Below, in pieces: positions 43,024 to 53,628 of a DNA stretch of 64,000 nt (positions are counted from its first letter, which is position 1; every line of letters starts with the position of its first letter). The notes beneath the pieces were generated by a model. The model was not told the origin of the DNA, ran no database searches, and worked only from the letters and a program-made list of their open reading frames with translations. The position numbers and the translations under genes are program-made. Location of the stretch: contig NIVC01001459.1 of NCBI GenBank assembly GCA_002269645.1, positions 1-64,000 of the forward strand, given 5' to 3'. The stretch is from Macrostomum lignano (lineage: Eukaryota).

Positions 43024-46000
43024 TCAATAGACGTACATATTACAAGGTTCATAATAAATGTAATCATTATGGCGTCGGAATTGGACCCGGCGCCCGCTAC
43101 AGGTCGCTCTAGGTGATGAGTCCACCGGTTCCTCTGGTTTGGCGGCTTTTTCCGGCTGTGGGTTCGCGGCCGGCTGAACAGCAGGCTTCGGAGACGACAG
43201 TCGCGCCGGCTTGAGGCGATCGATAGAGACAGATTCGGGGTTGCCTGACGGTAGGAAAATAACGAAGAACTTGTCGGTTCGCTGTTTCACGCGATACGGC
43301 CCTGAGTACGGCACCTCAAGCGGCGACCGCACGCGATCGACCCGAACCCAAACGAATTCAGCCATTTTCAGGTCCTTGGGTACGTAGCTTCGTGGTTCGT
43401 GCGTCGGTAGCTCTGTCAGCATTTCCTGCAGCCGTGTCCGAATGTCCGTTGGGGCGAGTGGTTCGGAAGTTAGAACGCGCGGAACCATTGGAAGCTCGCC
43501 GGTAACCCTGGTGAACGGTGATACTCCTTGGTCGTCAGGTGCGACGTGCATCGCGAGAAGAGCCACAGGTAGGTCTTTCAGTCAGTCATTGCCTCGAGCA
43601 GGTAGCATCGTCTTCAGGGTGCGATGGGCTCGCTCGACCTTGCCATTGGTTTGAGGGTGGTACGCCGTTGTGCGTAATCGATGAAAACCAATTGATGTCG
43701 AGACCGAGTAAAAGAATTCTGATTCGAACTGGCGCCCCCGATCAGTGATTACATACAGTGGCACTCCGTAGCGCGAGACCCAGGACGAGACGAATGCATG
43801 GGCGACTACTTCCGCGGTTATTGATTCCAGTGGTGTAGCTTCTAGCCAGCCAGTCGAGCGGTCAACCGTCGTGAGAAGGTAGCGGGCAGACTGGTGGCCA
43901 ATTAGTCTTAGCATTAGCTGGTGGAAGTGGTCCCACAATATCGATGTGTACCGCCTCAAAGCGATTTGATGGTAGTGCGAAGGCCTGTTGCGGGGAGACA
44001 GTGTGGCGAGTGACTTTACTCCGTTGGCAGTCCAGGCAGTTCCAGCAGTAGGTCTTGATGGACTTGCGCATTCCGAGCCAAAAATAACGTTTTGTGATAA
44101 GTTTTGCTGTTTTACGGAAGCCGAAATGACCAAGTCAATGAAAGGAAGCAATCACGGCGTCGCAGAGAGACGGCGGGATGATCGGGCGAGGATACGGCGT
44201 TGACGTCTCACACCAAACGACGACGTCTTTGTCCAGAGAATACGATCGGATATTTGGTGCAGGTGAGAAGGTCGTTGTGCTTCAGCGATACTGGGCAGAT
44301 CAACAGGGAATTTGACTTGATGGGGCAGCGACTACAGCGGCTGTTGCGATGTTGGACACGTGATCATTCACTGGGAAGTCAGGCAGTCGAGAAAGGGCAT
44401 CAGCTATTACGTTGTCTGCACCGCGAATGTACTGGACATCTGCCACGTTCTCGGACAAGACGGTCAAGTAGCGCTGATTGCGATCTGATGTAGTGGTGCG
44501 ATTGGCGTGGAAGGCCTGAGCTAGTGGTTTATGATCAGTGAACAAGGTCACGCTCAGTCTTTCAATGAGGCTGCGGAAGTGCAACATTGCCAGGTACGCC
44601 GCGAGTAGTTCTCGGTCGAACGTGCTGTACGTCCTTTGAGATGATGACAACTTCTTGCTAAACACGCCAAGAGGTGACGTTCCGGTTGAAGAGGTTTGAT
44701 GCAGAACGGCACCAACACAGTCGACTGAGCCATCAGTGTACAGGTAGTACGCAGTACAGTTGGGGTCCAGATGATGCAGCAATAGTCTCTCTGAGAGAAC
44801 TTGTTTGATGTTTTCGAAAGATTTCTGATGCTGCTCTATCCATTGGAAGTTTCTTGCTGACTGTAGTGATGCAGTGAGTAGGTCTTGCAGCGGACAGATG
44901 CGGTCAGCGAAGTTTGGAACGAATCGGCGGTAGAACCCAACGACGCCGAGGAAGCGCCGGAGTGCGTTCGTATCCGTGGGTGTCGGTCAGTCTGATTATT
45001 TGGATCTTCTTATTCCTTCAGGAGTCACGCGGTGGCCAAGCAAATCTACCTCGGATTGAAAGAACTCGCATTTCTTCAAGTGAACTTGCAGTCCGTGTGT
45101 TTGTAGGCGGTCCAAAACCTGTTCCAAATGCGAGTAGTGGTCTTCCCGAGTCTTCGAGAATATCAGGACATCATCGATGTATGAGATGACGAATGTCAGT
45201 CCGTGAAGAACAGAGTCGATCAAGAAGCGTTGAAAAGTTTGTGCTGCATTCCTTAGACCGAAGGGCATGCATGTGCACTCGAACAATCCAAACGGTGTGG
45301 TGATGGCGGTTTAGCAGATCTCTTCTTCTGCGACTGGAATTTGATGAAACGCGCGAACAAGGTCTAACTTTGAAAACACAGTGCTTCCGTGTAGGTACCG
45401 AGTGAAGGTTTGAATATGTGGAACCGGATAGTTGTCCGGCTTTGTTCGTTTGTTCAATTCGCGATAGTCAGCGCATGGACGCCAGCCAGCTTCCCTTGGG
45501 TGCCATGTGGAGGGGTGACGCCCAAGCGCTTGAGGAAGGTCTGAGGTAGCCGGCATCGATTAGCTGCTGAAACTCCTGCTTTGCAGCCTGCAGTTTTGCA
45601 GGGTGCAGTTGCCGGGGTCGCAAGTGAACCGGTTGTCCACTACCAGTGTCTAGCCGGTGAACAGAGTCATGTTTGACCTCTGAAGCTGGCGGAAGGGCTC
45701 CGCCTTCAACGAAAGAAAAACAATCTGCAAACTTTGTTAACAGCGTACTCGTCCGAGAATCCAGGTTGGGTGGCAGTTCTACCGACACAGTGAACGGGCC
45801 ACAATGAACATTTGAAATTGACAAGGTAACAGTAGACAGTCCTGTTTCTGAGTCTCGAACGTGTTTGCGCTGGCAATCGACGACTAACCCATGGTGAGCC
45901 AAGAAGTCGTAACCTACCTTATATGATGGGTTTTACAACTGAGGTCACGAGAAAGGTCCACTGGAAGGCTCGACGCAAACCGCGGATTGAGACATCCAGT

Positions 46001-46565
46001 AGGACCGACCCGCGAACTGGTATGGCGGCTCCAAGAGCAGTAATTAAACGAATGTTTGTATCTTGAACGAGTGCATTAACGAGTTGAGGTGGAACAATGG
46101 AAACCGAGGCTCTGGTATCCACAAGAAACTTGTTGTAGGTATTGTTGATTTTAACATCCAACTCCAAACAGGTGGTCGATGGTGTCTCGGCACTTCGCAC
46201 CGCGACCTCGGTCGCAGTGCGACTTAGTTTTCCGGCTGTCGAGAAGGTGATGATGAATGCGACTGAGATGGTGTTTTTTCATTGGGATGCAGCACTCGAA
46301 TCGGACGCGAGCTGTCCTTGGGAAACTGACACCAGGGGGCGACACGACCGAGCACGACGGCCATAGTAGAGGTGTGAGCGGCAAGCGACGGGGCATTGGC
46401 CAGGCTTAAATGAGTCTGTTCCAGCGGGCTTACCAGGTGCATGTCGGTGTGGAGCTTGCTCAACGCGCTGCTGGGATGCCCGGTCTGCACCGGTCTGATG
46501 ATCGAATTGTTTCCACGCACGTGAAACCGTGTTGTGCGTCCGCGCTCCAGCCTTGCCCATAACAC
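43024..46565 (-). mobile_element. Degenerate Ty3/Gypsy LTR retrotransposon (gag remnant, protease, RT, RNase H, integrase)
   Basis: FLVDTRASVSIVP (protease); PSSSAWASPLHM, DYRELNKRT, FSKLDL..AFHQIP, MPFGLRNAAQTFQR, YIDD (RT); FSKKLS..YSTFDRELLA, TDHKPL (RNase H); VHIDIVGPLP, TDRGRQFES, TTAYHPQTNGKVERAHRTLK, GPY (integrase). Domain order is PR-RT-RH-IN, with several frameshifts. Confidence 0.93.
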
Positions 46566-48129
46566 TAATATAGACTGGCTGTATTATATATATATTATGG
46601 CAGGCTATGGCAGGCTAGAGCGTGCCGAAACGAGGGTGAAACCAAAGATATTTGCCCGCGGCCGATGTCTATGGCCAAACCAAAAGGCACATATTCTTTA
46701 TATTTATGCCTCTCTTTGAAAACAAGAGGCGAGTAAACAAGTAGAATTAATTTCCAGAATAACAGGGTCGTTCTCAAAATCAGGAATTACGCGATAAAAC
46801 AAGAAAGAAAATTTTCGACCCTGAACCAGCCTTTCATGCAAAACAAGCAACAGGGTAAACGTAGCTGTTGAAAGAAAAGTACTTTATTTATCATTCGAAA
46901 CAGTGAAATTGGTACGGTTGTCAAAGCAACTGTCTACTGAGTCATTTTATCAATTTAATATTTCCATTTCTTCGATGTAACGCTAAGACGGTGTCATGTT
47001 TTGTGAAAAAATTCAATGGGAAAGAAACATCAAAAATAAACAATTTTGCACAGGAAGGAAGAAAAGAACATTAGAATTTGCTTCTTATTAAAGAATGACT
47101 GCTTAGTGATTTGTTCCTTGACTTAAACACAATCTTTCATCACTTAAACGCATGACTGTTCTAGTTACTAGCAGTTGAATTGTACAAATATATTGCTAGT
47201 TTTATAGGTGAAAGCAATGCATATGGCGTCTTTTTGGCGTTTTTTTGTGCCTTGTAATGTGATCTTTGTATTCGTGATGTTTTTATATGGATTAGTGCAC
47301 CACAGTTGTTGCAATATTTTTTTATACAATTAATTGCTACTAAGACAGGCACAAGCCAATAAACGTTGGGACCATAGTTTTGCAACACTGGAATAAGATA
47401 ATGACCAAAAAAAGCAGTAGAGTGGAGAACTGGGTGTCTTACAGGAGCATTTTTGTGCTTTTTTAAATGCATTGCCTCTGAGCCCCACAATTAAGCAAAG
47501 CATCTGAAAAACATGCACTTTTGCACGTGTCAAAATGTTGGGACTGCCATCATGGATCACTGAAAGAACTGATTGGGCCAAATTTTTTGGAGAGTGTTAG
47601 ACTAGGTGTCTTATGGGAGCATTTTTTGCAGTTTTAAATACATTGCCTCTGAGCCCCACAATTAAGTAAAACATCTGAAAAAAACATGCACTTTTGCATA
47701 TGTCAAACCATTGGGACTGCCATCATGGGTCACTGAAAGAACTGATTGGGCTGAATTTTTTGGAGAATGTTTTACTGGGTGTTGTGTAGGAGCATTAATT
47801 TTTTAAAAGAAAATATTGCATATAAGCCACAAAAAATATGTTAACAATTTAGAAACCAGGCAATACATACAAACTATAATTTATGAGTAAGGGATTCAGT
47901 AGCATTTTAAACTTGAAATTAAAATTGATGTTTTAAATTAGATATTAGATCTCAATGACTGAAAGAATATGAATCAAGTGGCTTTACTTGTAGAAATTGG
48001 TCCATCAAAAAGTTTTGGCCATTTGGAAAATTTTACTTTGAAATGTACAGTTTCTTGCAAAAAAATCCGGAATTTGGTGTCCCAATAAGCAAGTAGCTAT
48101 TGGCATTATTTAACTATACTATAGTATAA

Positions 48130-49104
48130 AACTATACGGCGAAGTACCACAAAGAGGTACAGGCGGCGCACTTTGGCGACAAGGATCAGGTGGTACTTCA
48201 TCAAGGCGTGGCCTACATGGCTGGACATCAACCTTGCTCATTCGCAACGGTATCAGGAGAGAGGAGTAAGACGGCGGAGGCCATCGCCGCTCATCTACAA
48301 CCAGTCCTTCGCCACTTTAAGGAGAAGCACGATGTCGATAAGGACGCCTTTAGCCAACTGGACCAGATCGTCATCGTCTCTGATTCGCCATCCAGCCAGT
48401 ATAGAAATCGCAAGATGGTTTTCTTATTCGACCGCCTGATGAAGATCATGAGGGTGTCAAGCTGGCGTTGGATCTACACAGAGGCCGGACACGACAAGGG
48501 TGCTGCGGATGGAGTTGGAGCGGCTATCAAACGCCGCTGCGATGAAGTCGTGGCTAGCCGGCAGGACGTTGTAACACCTCAGGATGTTATGGAAGCCGTC
48601 AGATCGGGTAGCCCTCTGCACATACTCACATGGTTGGTTCAGCCAGAGGACATGAACTATTTCACAAGCATCATCACCTTCGTGGGTGAGGACCTCTGCG
48701 GCATGCCAGGCTCGAAGTCGATGCACGACGTCTCAAGGACTGATGGTGGGCCGATCACTTACCGTCAGCTGTCCTGCATGTGCCCTGATGCAGCAGTAGC
48801 CTGCCCATGCCACGAGATGAAAGTGTGGGCTCCGCTGATGCTGCCGGAGGCGCCAGCTCCTGATACTGCAACGAGTGGACTCGGATGTGGGCGTGGAGGT
48901 GGACGTGGACGCCGAGGTGGACGAGGACGCGGAGGTGGACGTGGACGCCGAGGTGGACGAGGACGCGGAGGTGGACGTGGACGTGCAAGTGGTGATGAAA
49001 AGGCGCTGCTCCCTTATGACTTTTGCAACGAACCTTTGGTAGCTCATCTCATCTCTCTAACTATCCTATATATCCTATATACTAAAAATGAAATCCTATC
49101 CTAA
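48130..49104 (+). pseudogene. 5'-truncated Sola2-type DDD transposase
   Basis: NYTAKYHKEVQAAHF..QVVLH, SDSPSSQYRN, WIYTEAGHDKGAADGVGAAIKR, terminal CxC..CxC. Begins just after a stop, without the DFxENY aspartate. Subtype assigned from recalled motifs. Confidence 0.7.
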
Positions 49105-49204
49105 TTGTACGTGCTTTATACCATTAAAGTAGGGGTTGATTTGCTCACATATATATATTAAATAAAGTTAGGCGCAAATAGTACAAGTAAGGTGAACCAT
49201 TCGT

Positions 49205-50104
49205 ATTTAAATCCGAATGCGGAACGATGTCTCCATCGGCTGCGGCAGAGACAAGGGAGTTGGCCTCTTTGGAGTCGGTATCTCCAGCGGCGTTGAGGTG
49301 GGCGGTGCAGCAGGCTCCGCTGTTGCGGCAGGATGGACTGCGGCAGCGAGCTGTTGTATTAGCTGTTGGTTCTGCTGCATCTTCGCGGTCATCAATGCGT
49401 TGACATCGATGCCAGGAGTTGTCGGGGTGTGGGTGGCAGCAGTGACCGGCGCAGTAGGAGTAGCAGCCAGTTGTTGTGGGCCCCGGTCGGTCCCGGCGAG
49501 GTCGTAGCGGTCGTTAAAGTTGGTGTCAAAGAGGCATCAGGACCAGTGGGGGCTCCAGAACTAGTGCCAGCGGTGGCAGCAACAGCGGTCGGAGTGGGCG
49601 GCATGGTATGCGCCAGAGCAGTAGTGGTTGCAGAAGTGGATGTGTTGTCGCCGGCATCCATCGAGCGCGTAATAACCATGAATTATTTGAAGAGTTGTGA
49701 ACGCTCTGCTACCAAATTTGTCGCTTGGACAACAAACTAATGAGCAGTTAGTAGATGGAGTGTATTTCGTGGCAGTGGAAGCAAAAGGTAAAGCAGAAAG
49801 AAAGGAACATGGACGCGCTTGAGGGGAGCAAAGCTAAGAGAAACCTGTAACGGAGAGAGGAGGTCTTGTACATAGATATAAAAGTGGTAAACGCAAAGGA
49901 TGAGGTCACTATTGCTGGAATTGCTTGGCTAAACGGTAGGGATGAGGTCATAGACAATAAATGTTAGCTGCAACTAATGTGTTAAAGGGACTAAAAGTAC
50001 ATGAAAACGTAAGACGAAGGCGAAAGCCCAAAAGAGGCGAAGTATTGGAGGATTATAATCCGAAACCCATGATGTCGAAACTCGGTCCATCGCATCCTGT
50101 TACA
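49205..50104 (-). mobile_element. LTR retrotransposon 5' fragment: LTR (50104-49719), PBS, gag start
   Basis: TGTAAC...GACA of about 386 bp, then AATT and TGGTAGCAGAG (complementary to the animal initiator tRNA-Met 3' end) at 49714-49704; ORF starting MVITRS at 49679. Confidence 0.6.
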
Positions 50105-51659
50105 TTTCTTTAAACTAGTGTTAAATGCACACTATGTTTAGAATACTATCATTCTTCATGCACTATTTTTATTGATTCAGGGGCAGTCAAGTCCAAGCAT
50201 GACTGTTTCGATAGCTTCATTATATAGTTCCTTCATGCCTACATATACAGATAAATGTTTTTTAATCTACCCATTTCATATTTTCATCAAATTGTTTTCA
50301 GTTGTTTTTGTCCTGCAGTAACGTTTGTAAATCCTTTTGGATTGTAATACTTTAGCATAAACCAGTCAGTATACATGTACTTTTTAAATTTCTTCTAGTT
50401 TAATAATATTGTATCCATTCATAGCAGACTAGAGTATATAGCTGTTTGCAAGACTACATTTCTTGCAAGAATAAAAAATATAAGACAAGAAAATGTCTTA
50501 TTTATAATAAATAATCACATTTAGAGTCAAACAGATAATTCTACAGAATATCAGGCTGCATTCATATGTACCATATATTAAGATGTTCAAACTCCAATAT
50601 TCCATGCATATTTACAATGCAACAAAGCTTTTTGCAATCATATTTCATTTCTGTGCTTGATTTGTTTTGTCTCTTCTTTCCAGTTTTTGCATCTTCTTGC
50701 ACTTTTTGAGACTATACACAATGCACACGAATTTTCTCAGCTCTTTATATGTCATGTGTGCTATATTTAAACTGCCTTTGTAATTTCGTAACTATACTTA
50801 CTATAAAGCTTCTCTATTATACACTACACTCATGCTTTAATTTTTGCTGTAGATGTGTAAATATATTCTTTTTCCGTCTGAAGCAGACTTCTGAGTTAAA
50901 ATATGAGTACATATAGATCGTCCTATAGATTTTTGAATCATCCAAAAGGATAATGTGATACATAAACTTTGCAATCATTCTTGAAACCACAGATATGAAT
51001 TAGCGCCTAGCGGGATACTAAATTTCGCGCATAAATGCACATATCAGTCGTTCACGCTAAGAAATGTAGCTAACAATTTTCAGATAATGTTTTGAATTAC
51101 TATATTTGCGTTTTCCAACGCAATGCGCGTTGTAATTAATTTGTAATACAATGTAAAGCAATGTAATACTTGAGTTAGTACCAGGCTGTTGCGCGACGCA
51201 CAAATTGTTCAAAGTTAAACGAATGCGTATCATAGGTATACAGTCATATTATAACAAAATATGTTGATTTAAGGGTTCGGCGCTGCTTAAACAGAAAATT
51301 AATTAAATGAAATGATCTATTTTAAAAAAATAAATTACTCTATAGACTTTGACGATGATATGCTGGTGTATTTCTAGTTTTCGTGCAATAAAATAATTCC
51401 GATAATAATATTTAAACAAAGCGGCATTTCATGCTGTCCTGACATTTTGTTGTGGTTTACGACACAAAATACGTTTGTTGCATCTATATTGCGTTCTTAG
51501 GTAAAGATTGCGTCACGAATTTTTAAAGAAAAAAACGGAAGCATAAGCAGTGCCTGATTTTGAGAACGACCCAACAGATTAAAACGATACGTGAGCTAAT
51601 AAATATAGCTCGTATTTACGTGTACGTAAAGTAGGGGAGGCATCATTGTCTCAAACATG

Positions 51660-52113
51660 CTAAAAGTTCAGTCTGCTCGATCAGACACACACTTGTTGGG
51701 GGTGATGTTGAAGTTACAGTTTTCGAAATTGCAGTTACCAAACGAATTGGGTGCTTCGCCAACTGGATTGCTAATAGCTATCATGCAGTTCGAAACAGAA
51801 TTTGAACCAGCATCGTATGCTCTTAATGTCGGTTGGCATTCTCTCCTCTATCAGAAACTTTTTGCAACCTTTGAATATGTTGTTCCGTCTGCTTGTCGGT
51901 AGACTTTCCCTTGCTGTCCTCCCCTACCTGTCGCAGAAGATCTTGTTCTTCAGAGGTCAACTCACGCAACAGAGAAATGTCGTCAACGTTGGTTGGATCA
52001 CGGAGTTTCTCGTCGATGAGGCGTTCCTGGTTCTCAGTAAGGACTGTCCATTGGCCGATTGGAACGGTCCTCGCGGTTTGCGAGACAAATGACAAAATCC
52101 AACTCATCGCCAA
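51660..52113 (-). mobile_element. Possible internally deleted Crypton (tyrosine recombinase) relic
   Basis: ELTSEEQDLL..KSTDKQTEQHIQRL resembles the Crypton/DUF3504 N-terminal helix; FGNCNFENCNFNI resembles their C-terminal tails; no catalytic core seen. Confidence 0.3.
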
Positions 52114-52370
52114 TCACACCGCCTATTTCGTTTTCGCGTATTCTGTGGTAGCGCAACATGATGCAAAACCGAAAAATACTGTAGAGAAAGTGGAGAAGTA
52201 ATAGAGGAATGCAAAATACTACATTGAATTAGTAGGGGTCCTTTGTAGACAGTGACAGCGGGCGCGAAATAAAGTCTATGTATAGAAGTAAAGGCGTTTT
52301 TGTCATAGACAGTTGCAGCGGGCGCAACATGTTCTTGAAACGTATTCAAGAATACAAAATTATTCTTGAT

Positions 52371-52782
52371 GAGAATTTGTCTATGGTTAGAATGACTCCG
52401 TCCCCGCACCCCCGCTTGGTGAGAATTTGTCTATGGTTAGAATGACTCCGTCCCCGCACCCCCGCTTGGTGAGAATTTGTCTATGGTTAGAATGACTCCG
52501 TCCCCGCACCCCCGCTTGGTGAGAATTTGTCTATGGTTAGAATGACTCCGTCCCCGCACCCCCGCTTGGTGAGAATTTGTCTATGGTTAGAATGACTCCG
52601 TCCCCGCACCCCCGCTAGGTGAGAATTTGTCTATGGTTAGAATGACTCCGTCCCCGCACCCCCGCTAGGTGAGAATTTGTCTATGGTTAGAATGACTCCG
52701 TCCCCGCACCCCCGCTAGGTGAGAATTTGTCTATGGTTAGAATGACTCCGTCCCCGCACCCCCGCTTGGTGAGAATTTGTCT
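52371..52782. repeat. 50-bp near-perfect tandem repeat (GAGAATTTGTCTATGGTTAGAATGACTCCGTCCCCGCACCCCCGCT(T/A)GGT)
   Basis: 8 copies plus a partial, differing at one site. Confidence 0.96.
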
Positions 52783-52815
52783 CGTCTATGGTGAAAAGCC
52801 TACTAACAATACAAT

Positions 52816-52927
52816 TGTAACCCCTCCTTTTTGGGCAGAAATGGGAGGCTCCTCCGGCAACTAACGGTGCACCTACATGTAGCTGCCCTCGGAGCCTCTC
52901 ATTTCTGCCCGCAAAGGAGGGGTGACA
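52816..52927. repeat. 112-bp inverted-repeat element (37-bp arms, TG...CA ends), MITE-like
   Basis: TGTAACCCCTCCTTTTTGGGCAGAAATGGGAGGCTCC versus the reverse complement of 52891-52927 (4 mismatches). Confidence 0.75.
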
Positions 52928-53628
52928 TTATACAATGTTACTAATTTTGTCACTGAACAACTACTATGCGCACTGAATTAAATTGCGTTACAAGCGTAAT
53001 AACAGTTAAGTAACGAAAGTAATTAATTCTCTACAAATAACTCCGCAAGCTCCGTACCGACGCGACTGGAACCGTCAGCCAACTGCTTGGACCTGTCGAC
53101 CAGAAACGCTGAGAAATCGCATCCCCGTCCCTACCTCATTAGGCTGCGCTGCTGTCTCACAATCCAGAATTTTATTGGCAAATGCGCCCAAAAGAGCAAA
53201 TTATATCTCATATCTTGTCTCTAATCTGCTCCGACTATCTAGTGCCGCATCGGCCCACCAGCGAGTGCCAAAGCTGTGAAATATTGCCATCAATTAAACA
53301 GATCCGCTGCAAACGGTGACAGGCATCGCAGCAGCGCTGAATTATGGGTGCATTAGGGCATAAGCGCTTAGAGAGGCTATGCGGCCTGTGGGCAGTGGCA
53401 TCCCAACGACCGTGACATTCTATTCAAAGTTGTGAAGGATTAATTAATTAAAGCAAAAACTTGGAGCCTCCAATCGACTAAATACACTCGTATAGGCAGC
53501 AGAGCTAAATTCTTCATTGGTTTTTTATGAGCTAATTTTATCCAAAAGTGTAGACATAATATTAAACAGAGCTTTAAAAAGCTATTCGATTTTGGTACAG
53601 CCCTACACTAAAGAGTTCGCTGAGAAGA

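Larger units (their letters stand above)
46765..51572 (+). mobile_element. Sola2-like DNA transposon, 4,808 bp, probably non-autonomous
   Basis: Perfect 20-bp TIR GGGTCGTTCTCAAAATCAGG (46765-46784; reverse complement at 51553-51572), AACA flanking both ends (4-bp TSD), GRG termini, internal transposase fragment. Confidence 0.8.

Noticed and set aside
42781-43044. Candidate 3' LTR of the Gypsy (TGT...ACA with AATAAA on the minus strand)
   Set aside because: No polypurine tract and no second copy in the window, so it cannot be supported.
52371-52782. CRISPR-like array
   Set aside because: No unique spacers, and the context is eukaryotic; it is a plain tandem repeat.
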